Part shown: piece by piece, positions 38,299 through 51,715 of the stretch
How positions within the stretch are numbered: the stretch's first letter is position 1
Layout: each line of letters starts with the position of its first letter
From: Octopus sinensis
Lineage: Eukaryota
Length of the DNA: 64,000 bases
Assembly: GCF_006345805.1 (NCBI RefSeq)
Contig: NC_043009.1
Location: 70,308,001 to 70,372,000 of the forward strand
Direction of reading: 5' to 3'
The notes under the pieces: model-generated
What the model was told of the DNA's origin: nothing
Database searches by the model: none
The model's input: only the letters and a program-made list of their open reading frames with translations
Made by a program: the position numbers and the translations under genes

Positions 38299-41200
38299 TC
38301 TAGCATTACTCTTAATATCGCTGTGTTAAAAGAGTAGATGACATACAATAGTTTGCGTAGCGACTGAATTTAATTTATGTATTTCACCTTTTATTGATCA
38401 ATTAAAATACAACCTAAATTATTTAGTCTCATTTAATGCCTAATATAAAATATTTCTTCGTTCGGCACATTGGAAAACTAGTTTTAAATAAAATATCATA
38501 ATGCATAATTTTATAGTGAGCTGTCAATTTTAATGTCTGTCGAGGTAAATATTTTCCTGTATTTACGAGGCTGATTTTTGCTACAGAATTCAGGGCATGT
38601 GTAACATTAGCCTTATCTCTTGATTATTTCGATCAATGATTGGGATATGTAAAGTTATAACACAAACCGAAATGTAGATGGTTAATGTTATCATTATAGG
38701 GGAACCTAAAACGAATCAGAATAATAGAATGTTTCCTTTTGAAGGTGAGAATTAAATATGAAATATATTCATGATTGATTTATTAATTAACTAATTAGTT
38801 GACACTTGTATAGAAGACGCCTTTATAAAAATTCTTTTATGGCCGAAATTCTATATCTACATCAGATCATCCATAACCATCCATGACGTCAGCAGAATTC
38901 GGTTCGAATTTACGACATGTAAAGTTCTATGTATCTGTTAATTACATTATTATCGTAGATAATGTAGACTAAAACGCTGCTCCTAAATATTGAGATCTGG
39001 AATAAAGTAATGTCTTGATAAATGGATCACCTTTTGCTTTTCATTGAAGAATCTTAGACGCCGAACTTCATAACAATGATAATGAATTTCAGAAGCGCGA
39101 AATTAGAAGTGTTGCCACATTAAGAATGTTTAGAAACAATTAACACAGCATTCGTTTAGAAGTGAGATATTTTAATTGCTCAAATTTTGTGTCTTAGAAA
39201 CCACTTCTCAAAATATATTGTTGCATTTTCGTTTCTTGAAAATATGGTGTTGTTACACTACACAGTAACAAATACTAATCTATAAGTGTAAATTAGTAAG
39301 AGTCATATTTGGAAATACCTCTTAATTCCAGCACTCTAAAAATGTTGTATATTTATTTGCAGAATATTTAGTGGTTTGCCGACCGCACATGTGGTGGCGG
39401 TGCTGTATATTCCTGAGATGTTCCCAAGTCCAAGAGGTGACATTAAACAGGGGACAAAATAAGTCTACCACAGAAGAATTCAGAACACTCACACACACAC
39501 ACACGCGCGCGCGCGCAGAAATATCGGCAAGCGTTTCATCCCAGGCTCCATGAATCCTGTCAGACTACAGCGAGAAGCAAAGTATTTGATTTTAAGAAAA
39601 TAAAGGATTATGGTATAGCATCGGCTGAGCAAAGAAGATGTGATAAAATATAGAAACATCTACGGGTGTTTGTGTGCGTGGCTATATTATATATTTTGTG
39701 TCGAGATGGCGTCTTTGTCTTAAGGATTCCAAATGTTTCTCGTATTATCAATATCATAAATGTCAGTAGAGGATAAACTTGAATATATCTACATACACTG
39801 ACTCGCCTCTTCGTAGTCACTCGACCCGCTAAAAATTACTCTTCAATCTATAAGATTACTGCTTTAAAAAAATTCTCATTAAAAATATCACCTGGGTATA
39901 TTATTCCCGAAGCAATGAAAATGTGTGACAATGGGTAGAAACTTTCGTCATGGGTTCAAAGCCAACGTCATTGTCAATGGTAAACACTAGGCTGGTATGA
40001 TTAAAAGCAGCAACGTTCTACTTCGAATGCTGAGTCTCCAAAGATTTGGCATCTGATACTATTTCTCATCAGCTTAATGATATTGTGAGCTGATATTGAT
40101 TATAATGATAAGGGATTCTGAATACGTAATTAAGTGTATTCGAATTATTGATCCTGCTACACAAAGCAGCATAGATGTATTTGGTGAATATCTTGTTAAT
40201 GATGGCGGTAATGAGGCCAAAGATAACATGATGACAAATGCAGTATTGTTGATGACGGCAACAGTGGTATGATTTTTATATGTTTCCTGTATCAAGAGTG
40301 GACCCATCTCTCTTACCAAATATAGTTTAATGTCTCGTAAGTCCCAAATCAATTATATCGTGAAATGGACTTAACGACCGCATTTTATCCTGAAATCCGT
40401 ATTCGCGATGTATATAAGGAAAATTTGCAAGAGATATTTGCGGTGGCAAAGCCCTTCCTCTACGAACTTATACTACGGTTTTCTTAAAGGAGTTAAAAAG
40501 ATTTAAAAAAAGACAAAAGAAAGTAAAACGTGCTTTTTATAGTTTCTGTTAAGGTTCCATGAAGGATTCTTCGTTGCTGATATTGCTGGTGAGAACTTGA
40601 ACTATTTTAAGACTTGTTTTTGACCATTAGAGGTCCAGTGCTCTGTTTGGCGTCATTTGTTTTCATCAAATGTCTTGGTAACTGGTTTTTGTCTGATTGT
40701 CGCCCAGCGTTCCGGTTGGTTGATTCCCTTAAGAATCCATTGATCTCTGTCAGCTCAATGTTTATTTGTTTATCGCTGAGGGTCCGGTCCGGTTTTAATC
40801 AAAACAATTCTGTTTGGTTAAGCCCGCGTTGACGTCAGCAACTGATGTTAGAGAAAGTATAAAATGTCATTTTCTGGCTTTGGTGTATTGATACAAGGTA
40901 TTCAGTTGTAGTAAATATTTCTTAAGAAACCTCTCTGACATCTTCATTCGGAATAGTGCTGAACTCTTTCTAGCGCATTGAGAAAATAATGTACTAGGTG
41001 TTTACGAAAGGAAATTTTCCTAGTTTAGAGGCTCCATATCATTTGCCTGAGTACCGTCATTCAGTCCCTTAAAGTCAAGCTCGTTTGACCTATGTGATCC
41101 TCACAAGAGCCATCAAATTTTAGAACATAAATTGCCTCGATGCATAGGTGAAATAATGTTCTGGATGGCTATGTGTGTTGAGTGTTTAAATGTGTCATAG

Positions 41201-41466
41201 CATGCATATGGAACCCTACACGTTATTCTGATATCGTGGAGAGGTTTCTCGTAACCAAGATTAATTTCTTTGCGCAGTTATTGTAAGCTGTATGGATGTT
41301 TGCGCCGTCCGAATAACTTTTTTGTCATTCGAGTGACTTCCATTGGAATTATAAGCAATTGATATACAAATATAAGCATGTATGTGTGTGCTTTTATATA
41401 TAGATATATGTTTGTGTGTGTACATATATACATGTATACATCAATCTATCCATCTATCTATCTCTT

Positions 41467-41527
<61 letters not shown>

Positions 41528-43359
41528 GTATATATATATATATATATACTTATAGATATGCATATATACGCCCAAATATATATAGACACAAATGTATATA
41601 CATGACATGTATACACAGACACACATACACATACACACGGAGAAACACATATATATCTCACTGTGCTATTTAAGCTAGTCACGTGATAGCAAGAGAGTGT
41701 AAAAGTTTCTCACTTATACTTAGTAAAGTACTCCATTTCAATCTTTGTATACACATAGATACCTAATCACTTGTATATGTATTGTTATATATCTACACAC
41801 ATACACACACAGAAACAAATATATCACAATGAACACTCTCACACTTACACACACATGCACACACATGCACACACTCACACACACACACAAACACACGCAC
41901 ATATATATAACCCTACGTGTGTGAATATAAAATATATATATGCGCGTGTGTCTGTTCGCATATCATCTATTTTCTGCTTCCTAGTTAAAGAAATTTGAAA
42001 TATTTCCGAATTATCTTAGACATTTGTCTCTTCCAGACATTTAATAACCAATTACGCATGATTTCCTTTCCATTTATAAAGCGAAACCAATATCTATTTT
42101 GTGAAATGTCAGGAATCACATTTAAAAAGTGATGCAATACAGTTTTTTGTTTAAATTTTTCTCGTCTCAGACCATTACATTACGTATTCAGAACGCAAGA
42201 ACAGATTTAAAGTTATATTTCGAGTTAACTAATGTTTCAATGTTTTATCAGATATTAATTACATCATAATATGTTTAATTAGCATAACTTAATTCAATTA
42301 GATGTGTCATTGCCGTTATTGTTGTTGGTGTTATTATTTAATCTTTGGTCAAACCTGATCATGAAGACCCCTAACCAAAAGTTACCCCAGTCTTAATGGC
42401 ATTTAATTTCAGGGAGCTCTGTATAGAATTGCATTATGTAAATGCAGCGTCTTTAGCGAAAACGATAGAATATGATGCTGGGGCTGAACTGATAGCTCTT
42501 TGTCTTATGTCGAACAACCACTTGAAGATGCTATGGCTGTTTAATGAAGAACTCCAGATAAATCACTGGCGTTACTCGGTACTAAGTTTCTATAAACCAC
42601 AAAAGAAGACTTTGCTTCGGGTCCGAGTCACATTCAACAAATTCCTCACTCGAGCCAAAGAGAAAAACTAAATCGTTGTTAAATCTAATACAAATAGCAA
42701 CCAAATCTCCATGAAAGAACACAACTGAAACCATACAAGATGATAAACAAAATGCAGAAAGTTTCAGTTAAAACGGGAGGGAACAACATTATTAACATCG
42801 TCACACAGTTCAGAGAATGAATGTGTATGAGCAAACGAAATGACATGTGAGTTTCACAGAACGTATCTCTCATATAGACTCATTCACGTACATGCATATC
42901 GGCTAAACGCATGTATATATGACATTGCCCTGCAAATGCATTTTTTCAAACACTTTGCACGCAGCAAGTAACCATAATAAATATACAATGATATACACCA
43001 TAAACTGCCAATGGTGCAAGTGAATACGCTCGCAGATGTCACCACGACATTCAGGATTCATACAAACCGAAGAAAAATAAAACTGTCAAAGTTCTTCGAT
43101 ATTTGACTGTCTTTGCCTGTTTATGTCCTATTTTCCTTTGCACTAATAACGTTTGACATTTCATGATATTTCACATAGCCAAATCGAGTATCAAGCCAGA
43201 TTACCATAATTTTTAAAAGGAAAAGTTGAAAATTGTGAATCCTAAAATCTGAAACTTAAATTATTGTTGAAAACCCAGGAATAAAGAATAAGGTATTTAT
43301 CTACGAATATGGGGTTGAGCACTAATTCTCTCTAATCACCACTAAAGTGTATACGTGTG

Positions 43360-43408
<49 letters not shown>

Positions 43409-43415
43409 ATATATA

Positions 43416-43783
43416 CTCTTTTACTTGTTTAAGTCATTTGACTGTGGCCATGCTGGAGCACCGCCTTTAGTCGAGCAAATCGACCCCAGGACTTATTTTT
43501 TTTAGTCAAATACTTATTCTATCCGTCGCTTTTTGCCGAACCACCAAGTTACGTAACCACATCAGCATCGGTTGTCACAGACACACAAGCACATACACAC
43601 ACATACATACACATATACATATATTCGACGGGTTTCTTTCAGTTTCCGTCTACCAAATCCACAAGACTTTGGCCAACCTGAGGCTATAGTAGAAGACACT
43701 TGCCCAACGCAAGGCGCCACGCAGTGGGACTGAACCCGGAACCATGTGGTTGGTAAGCAAACTACTTACCACACAGCCACTCC
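43416..43783 (-). mobile_element. Near full-length SINE (ggtgctccagcatggcc family) with internal (CA)n
   Basis: ctcttttacttgttt...ggccatgctggagcaccgcc...gaagacacttgccc...cagtgggactgaacccggaaccatgtggttggtaagcaaactacttaccacacagccactcc (tRNA-like head on the minus strand). Confidence 0.9.
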
Positions 43784-43819
43784 TTCGCCTGTGTGTGTTG
43801 TGTGTTTTTGTGTATAAAT

Positions 43820-44045
43820 AGAGAGAGTTCAAATTTACAGAAAACAAAAGAGGAAGACAGGTGTACGAACAACAAGCAAGTGTATTAGTTTGACAGTGAG
43901 GAACAGGGAAAAGTTTTTTTTTTAGGTTCAGGGTCCCCGCTCTTCGACAGAAATGATTAAAAGGAAACAAGAACGGGGAGAGAAAAAATGTGCAGAGAAA
44001 AAATGTGAGAGAAAAATGTGATGACCGGAAGAAAGAGGCTGAATG
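43820..44045 (-). mobile_element. Degenerate family B Penelope-type terminal-repeat fragment
   Basis: Reverse complement catttctgtcgaagagcg...actaatacacttgcttgtt...acacctgtcttcctcttttg; homologous to 4521 and 30624. Confidence 0.6.
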
Positions 44046-44083
44046 TCGGGAAGGTAATGATAATAATACTAAAAATAATAATA

Positions 44084-44127
<44 letters not shown>

Positions 44128-44383
44128 TAATAATAATAATAACGATAACGGTGAACCCCAACGAACTAAGGTGCGCCAGTGCATGTGTATATCTGAGGAT
44201 GTGTGAGGGTGAAAGTGTGAATGGAGGCGAGTGTGGGAGCACATATGTGTGGGCGAGTGTTTGTATGGACGTGTGTATATGTGTGAAGCTAACGTCTGTG
44301 TGTTTTGTGTAGCAGTTGATGTGTACTTGTTGAGGTGTTTTATGCACGTTTGGTGCAAGTCTGTGACATTGGTAAGAAGGTTC

Positions 44384-44485
44384 ACCAGAATATTGATATG
44401 TGTGTGCTAAAGGACTAACCAGAATTTTAATACTTGTGTACTGAACGACTAACCAGAATTTTAATACTTGTGTGCTAAAGGACTA
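44384..44485. repeat. Minisatellite, 34-bp unit x3
   Basis: accagaattttaatacttgtgtgctaaaggacta at 44384, 44418 and 44452 with a few substitutions. Confidence 0.9.
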
Positions 44486-45407
44486 AGTCAAATCGTAATT
44501 ACCACAATTTTTTTACAAAATAAAATGTCAAAAAATGGCTGATGATCATCTTAGCGTTGGGAAGGCAGATTATATTTTAGTGTAGTTAGGAAATATATGC
44601 CATAAAGAATGTTCTTTCGAAAGCATTTACCTCTGCGTCAATGAGTAAATAAATGTCACATCATAGAATTGTAGTGGTGGATTAACAACTTCGCCACCAT
44701 CCCTCAACCAACACGTAAACATTATTAATTAAATAGTGTTATGCATCAATTAGTAGGCGACGAAATTTACGCCATGACATCTTCCGGAATTTAGATTTTC
44801 TTGAAACTAAAATGTGTTGCTTACGCAGCTTTATAGAATGAAACAATGCAAAGCTAACATGAAAAAATGCCGAACATTTATAAGGCTGATTAAAGATAAT
44901 TTGGCTTTGAAATATTGCTCACATCACAATGCTGATTTCTTGCTCTAAAATCTTAAAATCCCAAACAAGTAAAATATGAACGGCATCATTGCTTTGTACC
45001 CAGAACAAGTCATTCTTGATCACATTATTATTGTCCAGTGAGTAGAAGACAAACATTCATATGTATATAAACATCGCAAAAATAAAAAAAGAAAAAGAGG
45101 ATAGAATAATGATGTCCGTTTGTCAAATGAACAAACGTCAGCGTTATATCTTTTCCAGTTTTCTTTATTCTTTTCTTTTTATTAAAACAAATTTCAACAC
45201 AATCGAAAATATCTCCATGAACAGATTTCATTCTGCCTGAATCCCTTCCAGTGACTTTTGTTGTATTTCTAGGATATTGTGTATCGCATTCATTCTTTTA
45301 TCATTCGTAATTTATCTTTTAAGAAGGAGACGTTAAAGACACAGGATGGGTAGGCCTACACACAGGCACGAGTACACGAGCAAACTCGCAAACATATTTA
45401 CAAAACA

Positions 45408-45633
45408 TAAGGGGCTGAAAAGGGGTACCGAAAAGTTCCTGGCGTTGAGTAAAACAAAATACATAATGAGCAATTAATTATGATTTATTCAACACATTCT
45501 CCTCTCAAATTGGCACTTCTGGCAGAGTTCTTTCAGTTTTTCCAAGCCTTATGAAAGAATTCGGAGGTTTGGGCCTTCAACTAATCCGTTCAAGATAACC
45601 TTAAAGCCACAAACTTTTCAGCACTCTCTCGTA
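45408..45633 (-). mobile_element. Mariner-derived MITE (internally deleted)
   Basis: Ends ccgaaaagttcctggcg and agccacaaacttttcagcactctctcgta are imperfect inverted repeats; the interior minus strand encodes GLEKLKELCQKC..RGECVE* (mariner C-terminus-like). Confidence 0.7.
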
Positions 45634-45648
45634 TTTATTATATATATA

Positions 45649-45688
<40 letters not shown>

Positions 45689-47262
45689 ATATAAATGTGT
45701 ATGTATATATCTGTATATACGTATATATGTATACATATATGTGTCTATGTATATATGTATATATAAATATATATGTATATATGTATTTGTGTGCGTGTGT
45801 GTGTGCGTGCGTGTATGTGTGTGTACTGGTATTAATGTTTTGCCCCTTGCCGATGTGGTTGTATGTCATGTTTGACTGGTTATGACTGAGAGAATTTTAT
45901 TTCATGACAACAATGGTTATTTTATGACTTGTTTCATTCGTATCTCTATGTACATATACATACACGGATACACACACACACACACGCACACACATACACA
46001 CATACACACATACCTACATACATACACACACATACATATTTACATCGTGAATACATGAGACTTTAGTATTTATTTTGGGTCGATTTTGTCGCTCGATTCT
46101 GGTGTTATGTTTGTTTTGTTTTCGTGTGTGTTCGTGTTTATATTTGTGTGAGGAAAATAGAGAGAGAGAGAGAGAGAGAGAGAAGAGAGAAAGGGAGAAA
46201 GAGAATGGGAAAGCAAGTGTATGTATATATGAGTGTGACAGTGCCTGTGCACGCGTGCATGCGTGTGTGTGCGCGCGCCTCTGTCTGTGTGTGTGCCTGT
46301 CTGTGTACGTGTAAGACTTTATATGTGTGTCTGTGTGTGCTTGTGTGCGTGCCTGTGTGTGTGCCTGTGTGTGTGTGTGTGAGTGTGTATGTATTCATGT
46401 GGTGTCTTATGTGCTTTTCTACTTGTTTACATTTCGGACCACTATTTAAGATGAATTCGTTTTCGTGTTTGCAGCGTGATATTGATTTCATTCTTCTTGG
46501 TTTCAGTGTTTGTATTTTGTGCGATTATGTAGCATTTGTTTGTTGTGCTGAAGGGTCAAATTCCGTAACAGTTATATACGAAGGTGTAGAATGTATTAGT
46601 TTCTGTTTTATGTTTGTATTTTATGTTGTGTTCCTTTAAATTTCAACTATAATTATACTGGGACTCGGTGTTTCTGTTGTGTGTGTGTGTAGTAGGGGAA
46701 TGTGTGTGTGTGTGTGTCTATGTGAGCGTGCGTGTTTGTATTTGCTTGTTTGTTTTTACTCGCGTGTTGAATATCTGTATTTGAAGCTTCCACCAGCGGT
46801 GCAGACACAGTGTTGGTCGTTTTGTACAACTTTTAACGTTGTTATTTCATAGATTCATTCCGTAAACAACTCCATGCAAATGGCCAGCATTTACGTCGAT
46901 CTCGTTGTATCTCTCGTCTCTTCTTTGCTCTCTTCTTCTTTACTCATTGATTTGCATGTTTTAAGATTTTGGGTTTTGTGACTGAAATTTTGTCTTCTTT
47001 CTGTTAATTAGCGACATTTTTATTCTGTGGCGAGGGCTGACTTACGAGGGTTTTGTTGGGTTGTAATATATCTCTTACTACATATGAACTGGAGAGGAAC
47101 TGACTGAGACAGATAATGTCCTTTTCTGGGTGCTTTCCTTGTTTGCACTTCGATTCGGAAGTTATTGGTATATTTTGCTTTGAATCCACTTAATTTCAAG
47201 GCTTTGAGGTAGCATGGTGCATTTTAGTCAAATATTTGTTTGTAGATAAAAATATTGATATT

Positions 47263-47486
47263 GAGCAGTTGTATACTGTCAACTTAACGTGACACTCCCA
47301 TAACTATTTAGCTCTAGGAAGCATCAACGCTTCCTGTCGGCCTTGACACACCTCCTGTGTACTTATGTTTACGAAGGGGAAACAAGCACCCCCAACAGCT
47401 AGCGTTGATGCTTCCTAGGGCTAAATAGCGGTGTTGTAGTTCCCTCTATGGGACTGTCACGTTAAGTTGACAGTATACAACTGTTC
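47263..47486. mobile_element. MITE-like element with bipartite inverted repeats
   Basis: Outer arms 47263-47302 / 47447-47486 (38 of 40 match); inner arms 47304-47331 / 47401-47428 (27 of 28 match). Confidence 0.75.
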
Positions 47487-49279
47487 TATCGTTCTCTCTG
47501 AGATATTTAGAAATTTAATATTTCTAATATTGATATTCTTCTGCTTAGAAAGGTGTGAAAGGGGCTTAGATTAGCAACGGTAGCTAGGATGAGTTACATC
47601 TACATACATTGCAAAATAACTTATTAGGTGGTACTATAATACAAACATATTTCCTGCCCTCTCCCTGATTTTACCATATTATATCACCACATTTTTCTGC
47701 GGCACAAACTCCCCCATTTCACCTGTCAATTATTTTCTTCGTCTCCAATATTGTATCAGTCCTTACTTCACTACCTACTGCCAAGTAACGCACTTCTCCA
47801 GAACGTCGGCCTTCTAGGTTCCCTTATTGCATATGCTTTCCTTACTGCTATCCAGGGAAACATTAACTGCGTCATTTCACATTCGTACCTATCCTGAGGT
47901 CGACAATGGAATTAGTAGCAATTCTTCAACCTTCCAGAATAAAGAGAGAACAAACAGCAACGATGTTGTAAAACATTGTAAATAAACTTCTACAGACGTT
48001 CAGGGTTTTTATTCTTGGTAACTGTTGACTGTTCAAGATTTCTCTGTTGTTATTCTAAGTAACAAGATATGCGCATGCGAGTGTAAGTGTCTATGTGTAT
48101 ACGCTTACATACACAAAAATCGCGTATGTATAAGTACGTGTGTGTGTGTGTATCAAAACGCCAATTAAACAATTAATAGAGTGTGGAAATCCGGAGTAAT
48201 TCCAGAATTAGTGACATAATCGAAACGTCATACAGTAATTTAATTCACAAACTGCAGGGTATTTCCGACATGGAACCACTTTTACTGCTGTTTTATATTA
48301 TTCATCAAAGGGTCATTTGATGATGAATGCTACTAAATCCTTTACAAATATATATAAATATATATATATATATGTACATACATATACATACACACACACA
48401 CATACACATGCATAACAGAAGAAAAATGCACACACTGTACATTGTTTTAATATATTGTGTTTGTCGAACGGTTTCGCTTTCGCGAATGATAACATTGGAA
48501 TTATTGTAGTTTCGTATTTTCTGAAGAAGATTTAATCCATGTTGTCTGTTGAGAAGTTTGTGAATGAACGATTCAACAAGTAGAAAAACCTAAGGGGAAG
48601 TAATTGGTGATCGTTATTATTGGGGATAAGGGGGCAAGGGGGCAGTTGCTCATCTTTCGGAGATAAATAAATATATATATACACAAAAACTTAAAAGCCA
48701 AACTAGCGAGACGGATTATGTGCTGTGATGGGTATGTGATCCTGAATTAAAATATATACTGAGATCAAAGTTGGTTATGCGTTCATATTTAGACGTGTTC
48801 TGTATTCTTTAATGAACAAATTTTCTTTATTTAAACGTTGTTATATAAAAATTGTTTCTTTGTCCTAGTAGATGGAAAAACTGTGAAATTTGGTTGCATA
48901 TTAGCTGCACATCTCTCTATGTGTTCACTCAAAGGAATCTGTCTCATCGAGGATGAATCACTGGTTCAAAACAGAAGTAATTATCTTCCACCGAAAGGTA
49001 AGAATAAAACACTAGATTACTTCTGCGACCATATCCAAAATTTCCCAGATACTTTCCATTAGCGAAAGTTAATTCAAACCTCAACAACCTAGAATGGAAA
49101 AATTTAATTAATGATAAAGAACGGACAGTTATATACCATGCAACGTATTATCTAATAATACATATGTATGTATATATTGGTAAAACGGTAAGATAACAAA
49201 AGAAAGAAAGAGACATCAATATTATGTAAATAGAGGAAATTTATCTATACAATAATATGTTACATTACTCGATAGGCAA

Positions 49280-49337
49280 GATAAAACTCTGAGTTTCAGA
49301 TGCCGAAGTGGGAATCCACGACATCTCTTCAGTTATC
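49280..49337 (-). ncRNA. Type I hammerhead ribozyme candidate (family D)
   Basis: GATAA-CTGAAGA-GATGTCG-tggattcccactt-CGGCATC-T-GAAA-CTCAGAGT-T-TTATC: perfect 5-bp stem I, canonical core, 7-bp stem II (one GU), stem III ACT/AGT with a 3-nt loop; one extra U before GAAA. Confidence 0.7.
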
Positions 49338-49563
49338 TGGCTATTTGAAAACGCTATGAAAAAATACCGTTATACAAAGGGAAATTACTGTGTTATAACT
49401 CTGCTTGCCTGCGTACTTATACATCGCTCGCATTTTCCGCCATAAAAATTATATAAAAATACATAAAAAATATATAAAAATTATATAAAAATATATAAAA
49501 TGTATGATAGAAGGTGTGATGAGGTAAAAAAACCTTCTTGGGACATAACATAGAAAGCATGTT

Positions 49564-49977
49564 CTATCTGTTTTCTTTAGGGGACCAAAAACGTAACAGA
49601 AATTTAGTCACATGTGGGCATGGTCCGAAAAGTTCTGTCCTTGTGTTTAGACATGTAGTAGGGTCTAAGGTGCTTTTCCAGATAAGCCATCTCTCCATGT
49701 CGCATAGACCGCACCTTCCGCTGCCGTTGGTATAGGGCTTACATCTGGCCAAAATCTTCCAATGTATGTTATAATCGACACCTTTATCTCTTAAAGACCA
49801 AATATGATTAGATAATTGTGTCGCTTTTCTTTTGTTCCAGTGCTTAAAGCTCAAAGTGTGGTTATTGAACCTGGCCTTGAATTTACCCTCTGTAAGGCCC
49901 ACGTATTTCTTCGTCGAAACGGTGTCTTTAGTGGTTATAGAGTCTACGGTAGCTTCATATATGATGGTCTTGGACAT
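49564..49977 (-). pseudogene. Penelope-like GIY-YIG (Uri) endonuclease domain, open 137-aa fragment
   Basis: IIYEATV...KYVGLTEGKFKARFNNH...LSNHIW...WKIL...RCGLCDMERWLI...CLNTRTELFGPCPHVTKFLL. Y, R, E and N residues of the GIY-YIG fold are present, with no internal stops; truncated upstream, so the Met is not the true start. Confidence 0.9.
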
Positions 49978-49985
49978 GCAAGCTC

Positions 49986-50024
<39 letters not shown>

Positions 50025-50025
<1 letters not shown>

Positions 50026-50130
50026 ACAGCATAGCACCTTGGAGAAGTGCCTTCTACTATAGCCTCGGGACAACCAAAGCCTTGTGAGTGGATTTGGAAG
50101 AGGGAAACTGAAAGAAACCCGTCGCATATG
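50025..50130 (+). mobile_element. SINE fragment
   Basis: aagtgccttctactatagcctcggg..accaaagccttgtgagtggatttgg..gaaactgaaagaaacccgtcg; the reverse complement of 43625-43710. Confidence 0.85.
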
Positions 50131-50722
50131 TGTATATATATATATATATATAATATATATATATATATATAATATATATGCATAAACCCATCTGCGTGTG
50201 TGTGTGTGAGAGCGTGCATGTCTGTGTTGCTGAACAGTTGTAAACGAAAGGAATATATTTCTATTCTCTCATTCCAATTCTGCTATTTGTTGAATATATG
50301 TATGTATGTATGTATGTATGTAAGATTGTAATTATATTATCAGTAGGGCAGGTGAGTATATACTACGCTGAGACATTTAAAATTACAAAATATATGTGCT
50401 TAACTATGAAAATGAATTCTTAACTCATGGCTGCATTTCCTTGTCGTTAAGGTTGGCCTCTTCACTCTCAGTGAAATTGAAATTCCACAAAATTAAGAAT
50501 TTATTGCCGACAGTATTTAATTTAAAGATCTAAATTAATGCCACTGGCGCACATATCATGTCTCTCCTAATTTTCTCTTACTTTTCCTCTCTGTACACAC
50601 ACATCCACAATAAATCTCTCTCAGTCTATCTCAGTCTCACTCAGTCTCTCTATCTCTCTCTTTCTCTCTCACACACACACATATACATATATATAATATA
50701 TATACAATTGTGTATATATGAT

Positions 50723-50914
50723 ATATAATATTTATATATATGTGTATCAGTGTGTGTGCCGAAACCTATCTATATGCATGCTTATGTATACACGCATATG
50801 TTTGTATGTATGTATATATATATACATACATACAAACATATGCGTGTATACATAAGCATGCATATAGATAGGTTTCGGCACACACACTGATACACATATA
50901 TATAAATATTATAT
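50723..50914. repeat. Perfect 192-bp spacerless palindrome centred on (TA)6
   Basis: Checked base by base at the centre and ends: position i pairs with 101637-i from 50723 to 50914; includes the unique core tcagtgtgtgtgccgaaacctatc. Confidence 0.95.
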
Positions 50915-51554
50915 TATATGCATAAAATCATACAAGCATGAATACATACATACGTACACGCACACATACATATATATATATATTTCGTTTAATTAAAGAT
51001 GTGAATTTTTAATTAATTTCTGAGATTGTACAAAAAACAACAAAAATATTTGCAAGATTCTTTATATGAGTTCGTGTGTTAAAGCATATTCTGTTGTGTC
51101 TGGGGAGAGTAATTTTCTTTTTCTGCCTTATAATGTAACACACGCACCGGTAAAATATTTTAGCGGTGAGTGTGTTACATTATAAGTAACAAAAAGAAAA
51201 TGACTCTCCCCAGACACAACAGTATAAATATATGTACATATATATATATAGGTATGCATTCACATGCATTTATGTGCCTACGTGTAAGTTCAAGTGTAGT
51301 GTCTAATGGCACGAAAAGAAAAAGGAGAATAATGTCTTTTATAAAAATCCCTGAAAACATATTCCATCAATACTGGTCCGTAATACGACCGCCCTCAACA
51401 CTTTCCTGGAATTGACATGCGATTAAATGAAAAAACCCAGTTATATTGTTCGAAGACAAGAGAACGCTTTTGCACACAAGTCACCTGCCCCATAGAACTC
51501 TCCAAAACTTTCTCTACCGATGCTCTTCTACGTAATTACACACACAAATATATA

Positions 51555-51624
<70 letters not shown>

Positions 51625-51715
51625 GCGTGTGTAACTGACTGCACATATCAGCGCGAAATCGTAGATAGAACTCCTAAAGTTCCAAGACGAAAATGTCTTG
51701 CTCGTCGTTACTCAG

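Larger units (their letters stand above)
49176..49985 (-). mobile_element. 5'-truncated Penelope-like retroelement (GIY-YIG endonuclease end plus 3' terminal repeat with hammerhead)
   Basis: GIY-YIG ORF fragment followed on the same strand by a hammerhead motif at 49280-49337; the 5' end abuts (TA)n at 49991. Confidence 0.9.

Noticed and set aside
39490-39515. (CA)n running into (CG)n (also near 2175 and 10318), potential Z-DNA
   Set aside because: Short and readily produced by mutation within dinucleotide repeats; no evidence of function.
40560-40985. Strand-skewed segment that might be an old retroelement ORF
   Set aside because: All frames are interrupted and no motif is recognised.
42396-42671. 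91-aa ATG ORF MAFNFRELCIELHY...
   Set aside because: No recognisable motif or splice context; length compatible with chance.
44384-44485. 34-bp repeats of CRISPR-repeat length
   Set aside because: Units are contiguous with no spacers, in a eukaryotic context with no cas genes; an ordinary minisatellite.
47205-47226. tgaggtag let-7 seed match
   Set aside because: Only the first 8 nt match and there is no hairpin.
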